A DNA stretch of 64,000 bases from a virus, in the IMG/VR virus record IMGVR_UViG_3300021963_000035, positions 84,576 to 148,575 of that record; one strand, 5' to 3'. This document shows positions 1 to 10,598 of this stretch, in pieces (position 1 is the stretch's first letter; every line of letters begins with the position of its first letter). The translations under genes were made by a program, and so were the position numbers. Under the pieces are notes generated by a model, which saw only the letters and a list, made by a program, of their open reading frames with translations, did not search any database and was not told the origin of the DNA.

Positions 1-1
1 A

Positions 2-3000
2 AACAGAAGTTATCTCCTAGCAGAGTCAACTGCCTACATACAGAATCAAATTTCTAATAATGTTCCTGCTTTTGTAGGATTTAATTATGATCCAGTGAAG
101 TGCCAAAGAGACACTGGATATGTGATTGATGCATATCTTAATGATCTACGTTACGGCGGTAACAGGCAGACTAGAGAAGTAGTATCTTATTATTGGGATG
201 GTACTACTCCTCAAATCGGAGGCACAAGAGCACCAGAGATAGCAGTTTACAATTGGTTAATTGGTGTTATAAACACATACATATTAACCAAAACTCTAGC
301 ACCTTCATATCAATTTTCTGTAGTACAGACAACAACAGGTTCGGCAGCTGAGGGCGGAGCTTCTGCAAGACTTACGACACTGAATACTATCACAGTTAAT
401 GTTATTACTAATGGACTATCTTCTTTGCCTGCATTGGTAAATGGTGTAGGAACATTAAAGATCCCAGAAAAGATCGATCTCGAAAATTTCTTATTGATCT
501 CTAATGTAACAAAAAATGCTATCATGTATGATTTCACTGATCCTACAGTGGGAATTACGGTTGATATCAAAGCATCTAAAGATGAAAATTTTCCTACTGC
601 TTTACAAGGTAACGATGGATTTACAGTTGTACATTTTGTAACAGATACTTCGACCTATTCTTCGGACGACGAGATACAGATATTTGTAGAGAATAAAGAA
701 CAGATCACAAGACCTTGGAATTTTGGTACAGATGCGATCGAACGTATGCGTGTAGCTGCTCCACAGGCTATGATTGACGCTGACTTTGAATATGGATTAC
801 AGCCGACTAAGTGGCAGGCTATTACATCAAACAGAGGATATCCATCTACATTTGAAATTCCAGGTAGCGATTTAATTGTTACCGATGTTAGAACAGACGC
901 TTCAACAGGATCTAATAATATTGGACCTAGTCTAATCACCGTTACAACCAGCTCCCCTCACTTTTTGATTGCGGGCCAACCTATTACCATTAAAGCATTA
1001 GCATCAACTGTTTTAGGTTTTAGTCGAGCTGAAGGTACTTTTATTGTTAACACAGTACCTACTGCAACAAGCTTTACATATTATGCAAAATCTAAAGTAG
1101 GAACAGTTGATCAGGAAGTTGTAGCAACATCATACACTCAGCTAAGACGTGCAGGTTTTTACACTGGTGCTAGCTTAGGATCGGCTGCATTTACGGTTGA
1201 TAGTCCCGGCAGCAGTGGTACAATCACTGCCAGTTTAAATGTTCCATCGGGAGCCAGCATTATTCCGTTTACTGGCACAGCGCCTCCCGTTAATGCTCCT
1301 ATTACTTCGGCAACGAATATTACTGCTGGTACTCAGTTTACATCTATATTAGGAAGTGGCGGCACAGTAACTACTAAAACTATCGCAGAAAATAGCCAGA
1401 TAGGTGATAATAGTATTACAATAGATAATGTTACCAATGTTCAAACTGGTCTAGTGGTTAACAACGGAACAGGATCTTCCGCAGCAGTTACTAGCGTGGT
1501 GGGAAATGTTGTGACACTTAATTCACCGATCACTGCATTTAGACAAGGTATTAGCGGAACATATACTGGAATTTCTGGTACCAGCATAGGTACTCTAGGA
1601 ACAGGATTAAGCCTTAACTTGTATAATTCTGCTGGAACGTATTCACTATTAACTTTTAATAATCAAGGAACAGGTTATTCTGTTAACGATGTATTGGAGA
1701 TTTCCGGTACTTCTGTTAATGTGTATGAAACTACTCAGTTGTTAATGCACTTTGACGGCGGTAATAATTCTACAGTATTCTTAGATGAGACTGGAAAAAC
1801 TTTTACATTATTCGGAAATGCTGTAGTATCTACTACTCAGAGCGTTTTTGGGGGTTCTAGTTTTAGAGTTAATAATACTCTAGGAGCAACACCGGCCGCC
1901 GGTTATATTACTACTGCTACAACAAATAAATTACGATTAGGTATTAGTGATTACACCATTGAATTTAGAATAAGAATAACTACCGGTGGAAATGATCAGG
2001 CTATTTTAGATTTTAGATCACAGGCAGTCGATAACGCTTTATTAATTGGATTAACAAATTCTAACGCGGTATATGTATATTCTAACGGTGCAATAGTTGC
2101 CCAAGGTGGCTCTGCTCTAGCCCTAAATACTTGGTATCATGTAGCAGTAAGCAGAGCCAACGGTGACATTACTATTGCGCTTAATGGAGCTAACGACAAT
2201 TTAGCTGGCCCATATACTGATACAAACAATTATAATATAGATGTTCCTTTAAGAATTGGTGCCGATTACAGCGGACAGTATGGTGCCGCAGCATTCGTAG
2301 ACGAAGTCAGAATTACCTTAGGTGTAACTAGATATCCAACATATCCGTTTACAATTCCAGCAAGTGCGTTTGGCCCAGATTCAGTTGGTACTACCAGCAA
2401 TGGTGCTATCATCAGAGTAACCGGAATAGGCCCATCTGGAGAAGTTGCTACTATACAGACATTGAATACTGGCACCGCACCAGGAAATAGTGGTCAAGAA
2501 TACTATTACCTAAGTCCAACCCCGATACCTGGTCAAGGTTCAGGTGCGGTCTTTACAGTTAGAAGACAATCAGGAACATATTCTGTAGTAGCAGTAACTA
2601 CTCCAGGTACTAATTATCAATCAAACAATAAAATACGAGTGTTAGGTACTGCTCTAGGAGGAGCAACCCCGGCGAACGATTTAGTCATTGAAGTTGGAGT
2701 AGTTCTAGGTACAGGAGTTTCTACTGCTAGTGCATTTAGCGGAACAGCATCAACCACAGGCACTTCTTTAGCATTTTTATCGTCGGTGTCATTGAATGCC
2801 GTAACAACTGGTGCTATTACCAGTGGGGCAACGATCACTTACGGTTCTCTAGCAAGAATACTAGTAAGTCTAGGATCAGCTCACGGGTTATTGCCAGGAA
2901 ACGCTATTTCTACAGTTATTACATCCGCCGGAACAAATCATCAATTAGCAGCCGGACCTTTCTTTGTTGAAGAAGTGCCTAATCCTCAGACATTGAAATA

Positions 3001-5401
3001 TAGTTGTAGAACTACCGGTACAGTTCAGGCTGGTTTAACTGGAATACTTTATCCTAGATCAGACGGATTCTTCGTACATAGACCTTACGACGGTGGTGTT
3101 CAATTAGGTACCGGTGGCCCACAACACGGCGCACAGGCGATTCGTATGAGTAAAAAATACATACGTTACCAGTCTGGTAAGGGAGCTATGTATAACACTG
3201 GTGCATTATTTGCTCCGAGCTATGATCTAAGATCCGCAACGGCTAGTGGATTAACAATAGGAAGTACTATAACATTTGTAGTAGATGATAATGATCACGG
3301 ATTACAAGTTGGCGCTATAATTAATGTAACAGGAATAGTGAGTTTAGGATATAATGGAACATATACAGTTTCAGAAATTATAGATGAAAGAACTTTTAGA
3401 GTTATTACTTCTACAACCTTAAGAACTACTAGCGCAGTGTTGGGAGCTCAAAGTCAGATTTCTTGTAAATTCTGGCACGGATCAGTTGTTCGTTCTGGAC
3501 CGTTTGACGATCAAAATGGTATTTTCTTTGAATATGACGGAACCCAGCTAGCAGTTGTTAAAAGGTCTAGCACTTTCCAGTTAGCAGGTACTGCTTCTAT
3601 AAATGTAGATTCGAACTCATTGATCGGAACCAATACTCGTTTTCTAGATCAACTAAAAGTTGGTGATAGAATCGTTATTAAAGGAATGACTCACGTAGTT
3701 AGCCAGGTTAATAGTCAGACCAACATAGCGGTTACTCCTGATTACAGGGGAACATCAAATGCTGTTAATGCCAAAATCTGTCTAACACAAGATCTTAAGA
3801 TCCCTCAGAGTCAATGGAATCTTGATCGTTGTGACGGAACTGGTCCTAGCAGATATGTCGTAGATGTTACAAAAATGCAGATGATCGGCATACAGTTTAG
3901 CTGGTATGGTGCTGGTTTTATTGATTGGATGTTTAGAGGTCCAAAAGGAGACTACGTATTCTGCCATAGACTAAAAGGCAACAACGTTAATACTGAAGCA
4001 TATATGCGTACTGGTAACTTGCCTGTACGTTATGAAGTTCTTAATGAAGGTGCTAGAACTAGATTAGCCAGTGCAATGACTAACAGTCAAACTACTATGT
4101 CATTAGAAGATGGATCATTCTTCCCTAATGTTGGAACTGTGTATTGTGAAAACGAATTGATTAGTTATAGTGCTAAATCTGGAAATACACTTACAGGGTT
4201 AGTTAGATCGGCTAGCTTAACTAACTTTGCAGCAGGTGCTCAAAGATCTTATACAGCAGGTCCGGCTGCTACTCACGCTGTAAATTCGGGAGTTATTTTA
4301 GCATCAGTTACTAACAGTCCACTGATTAGCCACTGGGGTAGTGCTTACCTAATTGACGGTGGATTTGATAGCGATCGTGGATATCTGTTTAACTATCAGT
4401 TAACATCTTTCAGTGCTACAACCGCTAAACAGTGTGCATTCCTTATTAGGTTAGCTCCTAGTGTTTCTAATGCAGTGCCGGGAGATTTAGGTGAACGTGA
4501 ATTACTTAATCGTTCTCAGTTATTGCTAAAATCAATTGAGGTTATTGGCGGTACTAGCGGCCAGACAATTGTTGTTGAAGGTGTATTAAATCCACAAAAT
4601 TACCCAACTAACAGTGCGGTATTTACAGGTTCAATCAGCGGAACAACATTAACTGTAACAGCAATGAACAGTGGTGTTATCGTTGTAGGTCAAACATTAA
4701 CTGGTGGCGGCAGCCCTTCTATTACCCCAACATTGACAATAACAGCATTGGGTACTGGATCGGGTGGAGTCGGAACATATACTGTTTCGTCTAGCCAAAC
4801 AGTTGGTATTGGAACAATATTTGCAAGTCCATCAACTGTAAACTGGTTTGCCCTGAACAACGCAGCGCAAGGTGGTCTACCGTCGTTCTGTCAAATCGCA
4901 TTGGGATCTGATACAAGTTTTGAAGGTGCTGGAACTACTGTTACCGCAGCATTAACGAGTAACTTGCAAAGTGGTAGAACTACAGCTCAGTTCTCTAATG
5001 CATCGGTGGCAGCTGTACAGGTTGGTTGGACAGCAACATCGGCTGCAAGCATACCATCTGGTACTGCGGTAACTAGAGTTCAGATCGATACTCCAACTTC
5101 GGGCACCACATCTATCACACTTAGCAAAGCGGCAACTGGCACCATAACATCGACTACAAACTTTTCATTTAGTGCTCCGGGATATGCGAACCCAGGTGAA
5201 CAGGTATTTGCGTTCGCTGCTAACACAGGTGACCGTCAGATTCTAGAATTATCAGATTTGAAAGAATTAACTAACTCTGCGGTTGGTGGTAGAGGAGCGT
5301 TCCCGAATGGTCCAGACGTATTGGCTATTAATGCTTTCGTCACTAGCGGTGCAGCAAACACTGTGTCGTTGTTGCTACGTTGGTCAGAAGCTCAAGCTTG
5401 A
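2..5401 (+). CDS. Large virion structural / tail-fibre-like protein (5' truncated) with LamG/ConA-like domain
   Basis: Frame open from window start; G/T/S-rich; LLMHFDG...WYHVAVSR...DEVRIT LamG-like motif; next to neck/tail genes. Confidence 0.75.
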   Translation, partial: NRSYLLAESTAYIQNQISNNVPAFVGFNYDPVKCQRDTGYVIDAYLNDLRYGGNRQTREVVSYYWDGTTPQIGGTRAPEIAVYNWLIGVINTYILTKTLAPSYQFSVVQTTTGSAAEGGASARLTTLNTITVNVITNGLSSLPALVNGVGTLKIPEKIDLENFLLISNVTKNAIMYDFTDPTVGITVDIKASKDENFPTALQGNDGFTVVHFVTDTSTYSSDDEIQIFVENKEQITRPWNFGTDAIERMRVAAPQAMIDADFEYGLQPTKWQAITSNRGYPSTFEIPGSDLIVTDVRTDASTGSNNIGPSLITVTTSSPHFLIAGQPITIKALASTVLGFSRAEGTFIVNTVPTATSFTYYAKSKVGTVDQEVVATSYTQLRRAGFYTGASLGSAAFTVDSPGSSGTITASLNVPSGASIIPFTGTAPPVNAPITSATNITAGTQFTSILGSGGTVTTKTIAENSQIGDNSITIDNVTNVQTGLVVNNGTGSSAAVTSVVGNVVTLNSPITAFRQGISGTYTGISGTSIGTLGTGLSLNLYNSAGTYSLLTFNNQGTGYSVNDVLEISGTSVNVYETTQLLMHFDGGNNSTVFLDETGKTFTLFGNAVVSTTQSVFGGSSFRVNNTLGATPAAGYITTATTNKLRLGISDYTIEFRIRITTGGNDQAILDFRSQAVDNALLIGLTNSNAVYVYSNGAIVAQGGSALALNTWYHVAVSRANGDITIALNGANDNLAGPYTDTNNYNIDVPLRIGADYSGQYGAAAFVDEVRITLGVTRYPTYPFTIPASAFGPDSVGTTSNGAIIRVTGIGPSGEVATIQTLNTGTAPGNSGQEYYYLSPTPIPGQGSGAVFTVRRQSGTYSVVAVTTPGTNYQSNNKIRVLGTALGGATPANDLVIEVGVVLGTGVSTASAFSGTASTTGTSLAFLSSVSLNAVTTGAITSGATITYGSLARILVSLGSAHGLLPGNAISTVITSAGTNHQLAAGPFFVEEVPNPQTLKYSCRTTGTVQAGLTGILYPRSDGFFVHRPYDGGVQLGTGGPQHGAQAIRMSKKYIRYQSGKGAMYNTGALFAPSYDLRSATASGLTIGSTITFVVDDNDHGLQVGAIINVTGIVSLGYNGTYTVSEIIDERTFRVITSTTLRTTSAVLGAQSQISCKFWHGSVVRSGPFDDQNGIFFEYDGTQLAVVKRSSTFQLAGTASINVDSNSLIGTNTRFLDQLKVGDRIVIKGMTHVVSQVNSQTNIAVTPDYRGTSNAVNAKICLTQDLKIPQSQWNLDRCDGTGPSRYVVDVTKMQMIGIQFSWYGAGFIDWMFRGPKGDYVFCHRLKGNNVNTEAYMRTGNLPVRYEVLNEGARTRLASAMTNSQTTMSLEDGSFFPNVGTVYCENELISYSAKSGNTLTGLVRSASLTNFAAGAQRSYTAGPAATHAVNSGVILASVTNSPLISHWGSAYLIDGGFDSDRGYLFNYQLTSFSATTAKQCAFLIRLAPSVSNAVPGDLGERELLNRSQLLLKSIEVIGGTSGQTIVVEGVLNPQNYPTNSAVFTGSISGTTLTVTAMNSGVIVVGQTLTGGGSPSITPTLTITALGTGSGGVGTYTVSSSQTVGIGTIFASPSTVNWFALNNAAQGGLPSFCQIALGSDTSFEGAGTTVTAALTSNLQSGRTTAQFSNASVAAVQVGWTATSAASIPSGTAVTRVQIDTPTSGTTSITLSKAATGTITSTTNFSFSAPGYANPGEQVFAFAANTGDRQILELSDLKELTNSAVGGRGAFPNGPDVLAINAFVTSGAANTVSLLLRWSEAQA

Positions 5402-5658
5402 TTACAGAGAGATTCGAGTTGGTATCGAATCTCTCTTAATTTATGTCCATGTTCCTGGTGTTGTGGCATAAAGACCTTTATGTCACCGATGACCACGTTA
5501 TGGAAGAAATAATCTAGTTCTTTAGCCTGTGCTAAGAATTGATTATAAAGAGATTCTGCTTTATCTTTTATATTTTCGTCTGTACATTCTTGTATAAATT
5601 TTTTATACTTTTCACAGTCTCTTTCAAATAGTTTATTTCTAGAAATACTAGTCGACAT
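5392..5658 (-). CDS. Hypothetical protein
   Basis: 88-aa ORF overlapping the end of the upstream minus-strand gene. Confidence 0.6.
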   Translation of the reverse strand: MSTSISRNKLFERDCEKYKKFIQECTDENIKDKAESLYNQFLAQAKELDYFFHNVVIGDIKVFMPQHQEHGHKLREIRYQLESLCNQA

Positions 5659-6040
5659 AATTCCTACTCATTACTAATATAGTTTCAATTTTACTTCTGA
5701 TTAAAGAATTATTTAAGGTTGTTTTTAATCCCGTGTGTAGATTTTTAGGTAAATCGTCTAAGTCAGCCCAACATATAGTATTAATTTTAGTAGTCAAAAA
5801 TTCACAGTCTACTAAGCAGATGTAAGTACTGTATTCGAACCCTCGATCTTCACTCAAATAAAGTTCGATTGGTATTATCCTACCTTCGCTGCCCTTAAAG
5901 CTAACTATCAATTCTTTTGCATCATCAAGTAAATTTGATTGATGTTCAAATGTAGGAACAGTCCACTTTAGATTTTCGTGGATTAGCAGTATTCTTTGGG
6001 TTTGACTAGAAAGAAAAAGTATACCTGCACGTTTTTGCAT
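5648..6040 (-). CDS. Nudix-fold-like hypothetical protein (Nudix box degenerate)
   Basis: RAGILF...ILLI...W and W...LP..LH.GL pattern; TAAGTA-N5-ATG start. Confidence 0.45.
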   Translation of the reverse strand: MQKRAGILFLSSQTQRILLIHENLKWTVPTFEHQSNLLDDAKELIVSFKGSEGRIIPIELYLSEDRGFEYSTYICLVDCEFLTTKINTICWADLDDLPKNLHTGLKTTLNNSLIRSKIETILVMSRNYVD

Positions 6041-6051
6041 GTAGATACTTA

Positions 6052-7497
6052 TTAAGGATTCATAACAAAGCGCCAGTATCCGGCAGTGTATTCGCCTTCA
6101 AAACTCTTAAGCCACTGTTCCCCGTCCCACTTATACTGTATTCCAGTTGTAAGATTTTGAACATAAACCGGAGGAGTTAAATTATTACCTTGACTATTAA
6201 AGATTATAGTCCAGGAACTGCCATTCCATTCGATAATATCATTAGCGTTCGCACGTAGATTACCCCAGGCATATACTCCTGGCAACAAACTTTCGCCAGC
6301 GCCTGTCGGGACTCCATCTTGATCACTATCATAAAATCCTACTGAGGGATTAATATCTTCTAAGATTAAAAATCTCGTACCCACAGCCGATCCTCTCGGA
6401 TTAAATTTAATAGGATCGATAATAGCATCGATTGTAGTTCTTCCTGAAATAATAGTGTTAGATGGTTTATCTTCTATGGTCACAAGTAGATAGGTACTGT
6501 CAACTTCATTGATAACAAACGTTCCTCTTAATTCGTTACCGTTAGGTTGTAGGAAGAAGATCTGGCTAATTCCTGGTTGATAGGCTTCGTGTTGATCTAG
6601 GATTAGATGCCAATCTAGCCTATCTCCCATGCGTTGAGGAACATCTAATCCTAAATTCTTAACTGCTTCGTGAGCATCTAATAAACTCAAATCATAATCA
6701 TTAGATTGTCCATTGTTGCTTTTGAGTAACAATACACCAAAATTACTAGGTGTGGTGATAACTTTAGAGTTAGGGTTACCGTTATACACAAGATTGTTAA
6801 TGTTAATAACATCTCCATCCTCACTGAAGATATTCATTATAACACTCTTTACAACACCTAATTGTTTTACTTTTGCAGGGGGAGTGATGTATATAGGCAT
6901 AGAACAATCTATAGAGCAAATATCAATATCGTTTTCTGTACCTTGAGGAATAGTTCTGCTTGAAAAAATTATGCTGTTTAGATCAACAACACTAAGGCTA
7001 GTCCAATCTATGTAGTTGTCTGTGGTTTGTATTTCTAAACTAGGATTAAACAACACTAACATTTGTTCTAACAACTGTAATTTTTGATCAGTATTCGAAG
7101 TCCAAATATCTGCCTTCATTGATAGTTTGTAAGGAGTTGGCATTAATCGTTCAATGGTATAGTTTGCTCCTTGAGAATTTCCGTAAATAGGATCTCCATT
7201 ATTATCGAAACTATCATACTGCCTTTCTCGCAAATTCATCTTACTGACAAAACTAGCATCTGCTAGTCTTGACGTATCGAGTTCTAAATTACTGATGTAG
7301 CAGCTTATTCTCGGCACCGATGGCATCTTATTTTCTGAATTATCTTTGATTATCGACGCAACTGATCTAGATAAATCCCCGTACATTACAGGAACGTGGC
7401 GCAGCTCTCCATCGCCGGATTTATATTTGAAACCGATGAAAATACGCATAAACTGTGTTACGTATCTTCTTATTTGCCCGTCGTAAAAGAAATCCAT
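6052..7497 (-). CDS. Tail sheath stabiliser / tail terminator (T4 gp15-like) with C-terminal extension
   Basis: FFYD..IRRY..QF, VPVMYG, P.PY.L, QLLEQ.L..FNP motifs of gp15-like proteins. Confidence 0.75.
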   Translation of the reverse strand: MDFFYDGQIRRYVTQFMRIFIGFKYKSGDGELRHVPVMYGDLSRSVASIIKDNSENKMPSVPRISCYISNLELDTSRLADASFVSKMNLRERQYDSFDNNGDPIYGNSQGANYTIERLMPTPYKLSMKADIWTSNTDQKLQLLEQMLVLFNPSLEIQTTDNYIDWTSLSVVDLNSIIFSSRTIPQGTENDIDICSIDCSMPIYITPPAKVKQLGVVKSVIMNIFSEDGDVININNLVYNGNPNSKVITTPSNFGVLLLKSNNGQSNDYDLSLLDAHEAVKNLGLDVPQRMGDRLDWHLILDQHEAYQPGISQIFFLQPNGNELRGTFVINEVDSTYLLVTIEDKPSNTIISGRTTIDAIIDPIKFNPRGSAVGTRFLILEDINPSVGFYDSDQDGVPTGAGESLLPGVYAWGNLRANANDIIEWNGSSWTIIFNSQGNNLTPPVYVQNLTTGIQYKWDGEQWLKSFEGEYTAGYWRFVMNP

Positions 7498-8699
7498 TAA
7501 TTATCTGCCTTTGGTCTTAGTGCTTTGCTCAAGCTTTGTTTTTCATTGATTTGTTTACCATTGATCGTGTTTACTGTTGTGTTATTAATAAATGTTGATC
7601 GTTGATTAGTTCTTGTAGGTTTGCCCTCAAAGCGTTCTCCTGACACTACATCAGATGGTCCTAAGTTACTCATCGTAGTTCTTACACTATCTTCTACCTT
7701 GATCCAAATAGAGCCATTATATCGGAACAATCTATTAGGAAGATAATCTGTTCGTAAACAATAATCACCCGGTTGTGCAGTTAACGGAAATGAAATTCCA
7801 CTAGTAAATGGAGCACCATTGGGCGGAAAATCATTTCCAATCAGGTACCCATCATAACCTTGTTTTACTGCATTTTCTATAACAACACTGGCATCTAATG
7901 TACTTGATGAAGCATCTATAGTTTCGGCATCAGCAGTCAGCAGTTCGGGTCTACCGTCATCTCCAGTTTGCAATGTATAGAATTGAACAGTTTCATATCC
8001 GCTCAAAGGAGCATCCGCCTCAGCCTGATCTAAAACAGCTTTAGTGATCTGCATTTCTTTTTCGTAAGTAGACATAATGTCTCGAAGAGATTGAGTACTT
8101 CCCTCTTCGGCTGCACCATCTAAAATCTGTTTAAATTCTTGGCTGTCTACTAACGGTGTGCATTTTGCTCTGTATAAGTGAGGATACCATGTTGCCGAAA
8201 ATCCTTCAGCAGCTCTAGTTACATCTTGAATTACATAAAATCTCTTGAGAGCAAATTTAAAATCATTTAATGCATTGTAATCTTTTAAGTGTGGTAATTC
8301 AATAACATCACCACTCATAAGTTTTCTACCTATTTTTTCTACAGTATCGTTGATATGAAAAGTTATAAAAATCGTGTCGTTCTGCAAAAATAAACCAAAT
8401 TGACTTAGATTAAAATCTAAATCTTGTATGTTATAAACACCCCTTAACACATACACATCGGGAGAATATTTGCGATCTCTATTTTCTAAAAACAGTAGAT
8501 CTTGTATTTGAGTTTCTGTAGTATTTCCACCGTAATTTGGTATAGTGGGAGAATTTTCTCCCGCTGGAACGGCGCCCGGCCCTAAATACTTGTGTACAAA
8601 AACGTCAGTACCGCCCACCTGGAACATTTCCCAGATAGTTTTATCGAAAAATTTATAGTCGTTACCGCGTTCGGGGCGATATAATGAAAGTCTTGGCAT
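7497..8699 (-). CDS. Neck/head-completion protein (T4 gp14-like)
   Basis: Start reassigned to MPRLSLYRP, 7 nt after TAAATA; LSQFGLFL, GDVIELP motifs; divergent from gp13-like gene. Confidence 0.7.
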   Translation of the reverse strand: MPRLSLYRPERGNDYKFFDKTIWEMFQVGGTDVFVHKYLGPGAVPAGENSPTIPNYGGNTTETQIQDLLFLENRDRKYSPDVYVLRGVYNIQDLDFNLSQFGLFLQNDTIFITFHINDTVEKIGRKLMSGDVIELPHLKDYNALNDFKFALKRFYVIQDVTRAAEGFSATWYPHLYRAKCTPLVDSQEFKQILDGAAEEGSTQSLRDIMSTYEKEMQITKAVLDQAEADAPLSGYETVQFYTLQTGDDGRPELLTADAETIDASSSTLDASVVIENAVKQGYDGYLIGNDFPPNGAPFTSGISFPLTAQPGDYCLRTDYLPNRLFRYNGSIWIKVEDSVRTTMSNLGPSDVVSGERFEGKPTRTNQRSTFINNTTVNTINGKQINEKQSLSKALRPKADN

Positions 8700-8732
8700 A
8701 GTTATATATTTACCGCTACGATAAATACTTGT

Positions 8733-9491
8733 ATGAGCCAAATTGATCAAGACAAACAAGCGGTCTACGACTATTGCAAAGCCATGCTGGGCGACGGCAT
8801 GATCGATATAGAATTGGACCCAATCCATTATGAAACAGCACTTAGTCGTGCTCTAGCGGTTTTCCGTCAACGCAGCGATAATGCTGTAGAGGAAAGCATG
8901 GTATTTCTTACAATGGAAACGGACAAAAACGAGTACATACTTCCAAAAGAAATACAGCAAGTAAGACAAGTTTTTCGAAGAAGCATAGGCAGCAGAAGCG
9001 GTGGTGGCGGTGGTGGCACTGTATTTGAGCCGTTTAATTTGGCATACACTAACACCTATCTTTTAAGCTCTACTAACATGGGCGGACTTGCAACATATGA
9101 TCTATTTGCCCAGTATCAAGAACAAGTAGGTCGAATGTTTGGTTCTTTTATTAATTTTCACTGGATCCCTCAAAGTAGAAAATTAGTCATCCAGCAGCGT
9201 CCTAGGAGTAATGAAGAAATAATGCTATGGGTGTATAACACCAGACCTGATAGTGCTATAATACAAGACACTTACTCCGGACAATGGATCAAAGATTATG
9301 CACTGGCTAACTGTAAAATGATGCTAGGGCAAGCTCGTGAAAAGTTTGGTCAGATCGCTGGCCCACAAGGCGGAACACAATTGAACGGTGCTAGTTTAAA
9401 ACAAGAAGCACAAGCTGACCTCGAACGGCTGACCTTAGAGTTGGTAAATCTAGTTCCTGGCGGTATTGGTTATACATTCATTATCGGTTAA
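8733..9491 (+). CDS. Neck protein (T4 gp13-like)
   Basis: LG...IDIEL, WIKDYALA..K..LG..R.KF, PQGG..LNG motifs. Confidence 0.8.
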   Translation: MSQIDQDKQAVYDYCKAMLGDGMIDIELDPIHYETALSRALAVFRQRSDNAVEESMVFLTMETDKNEYILPKEIQQVRQVFRRSIGSRSGGGGGGTVFEPFNLAYTNTYLLSSTNMGGLATYDLFAQYQEQVGRMFGSFINFHWIPQSRKLVIQQRPRSNEEIMLWVYNTRPDSAIIQDTYSGQWIKDYALANCKMMLGQAREKFGQIAGPQGGTQLNGASLKQEAQADLERLTLELVNLVPGGIGYTFIIG

Positions 9492-9549
9492 TTCAGGTTT
9501 GACCTAACACAAATTTTTCTAGTATACTTACACTATCACTGGAGAATTT

Positions 9550-10245
9550 ATGATCATAGGTATTTGCGGATTTATTGGCAGCGGCAAAGACACAGTTGCC
9601 GACTATCTGGTTAACTTCCACGGATTTCGTAGAGAAAGCTTCGCTAACACATTAAAAGACGCGGTTGCAGCCGTTTTTGGTTGGGACCGCGTTCTCTTAG
9701 AAGGACGTACAAAAGAAGCTCGAGAGTGGCGAGAGCAAAAAGATGAATGGTGGAGCAATCGACTAGGCCGTGATATAACTCCTCGTTGGGTGTTACAATA
9801 CTGGGGCACCGAAGTGTGCCGCAGAGGATTCCACGACGATATTTGGATTGCTAGTTTAGAGAATAAACTACGTAATAGCAAAGACGATGTGGTAATTTCA
9901 GACTGCCGCTTTCCTAATGAAATTTCTGCTATCAAAAAAGCCAACGGAAAAGTAGTGCGAGTTATTCGAGGTGCAGAACCCGAGTGGTATCAGGATGCAG
10001 TTAATGTAAATGCTGGTCCTACTGGTAACATGGCCTGGGCATTGAGCAAAGACAAGCTTAATAAATTAGGCATTCACGCTAGCGAAACATCCTGGGTAGG
10101 AACTAAATTTGATCACATGCTAGACAATAATTCTACGATTGACGATCTGTTTAGGCAGGTTAGAAATCTGGTACAAGATCCCCTTGACGCCAGTGAATCC
10201 CCTCTTTATGTAACAGTCTCTGACAGTTTGCACATACAGTCTTAA
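9550..10245 (+). CDS. Deoxynucleoside monophosphate kinase (T4 gp1-like)
   Basis: GICGFIGSGKDT P-loop, PR..LQ.WGTE, ISDCRFPNE, HASE. Confidence 0.88.
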   Translation: MIIGICGFIGSGKDTVADYLVNFHGFRRESFANTLKDAVAAVFGWDRVLLEGRTKEAREWREQKDEWWSNRLGRDITPRWVLQYWGTEVCRRGFHDDIWIASLENKLRNSKDDVVISDCRFPNEISAIKKANGKVVRVIRGAEPEWYQDAVNVNAGPTGNMAWALSKDKLNKLGIHASETSWVGTKFDHMLDNNSTIDDLFRQVRNLVQDPLDASESPLYVTVSDSLHIQS

Positions 10246-10492
10246 GATTACTATAACGACAGTTGTTAAGATCCCCGTCCACATGAAATACCGCAAATAC
10301 TTCAGGATGGGGACTCTTAAACCCGCACTTATCACACTGGGTTTTTTTCTTATATCCAGCCCGCATCCATCTAGGTGTTGATACTTCTCCTTTATAAAGG
10401 CACTTTTCACAGAGCCTTCTATAAAAGGTCTTTCCATTTTTTCTATAATTAACGGCTGCTGGTCGCATACCGCACTTACAAAGCGGTCTCAT
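10160..10492 (-). CDS. Zn-binding HNH endonuclease-like protein
   Basis: CxxC pairs; HVDGDLNN...NL..VCANC; TAAATA-N5-ATG start. Confidence 0.7.
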   Translation of the reverse strand: MRPLCKCGMRPAAVNYRKNGKTFYRRLCEKCLYKGEVSTPRWMRAGYKKKTQCDKCGFKSPHPEVFAVFHVDGDLNNCRYSNLKTVCANCQRLLHKEGIHWRQGDLVPDF

Positions 10493-10598
10493 GCAAATAT
10501 TTACACCTTTTTGGCCCCTTTTAATCTAGTTCAAACAATGCATTTTTTCAAAATGCCGCTAAATATTATGAGTAGATTAATACCGGGAGATTTATCAG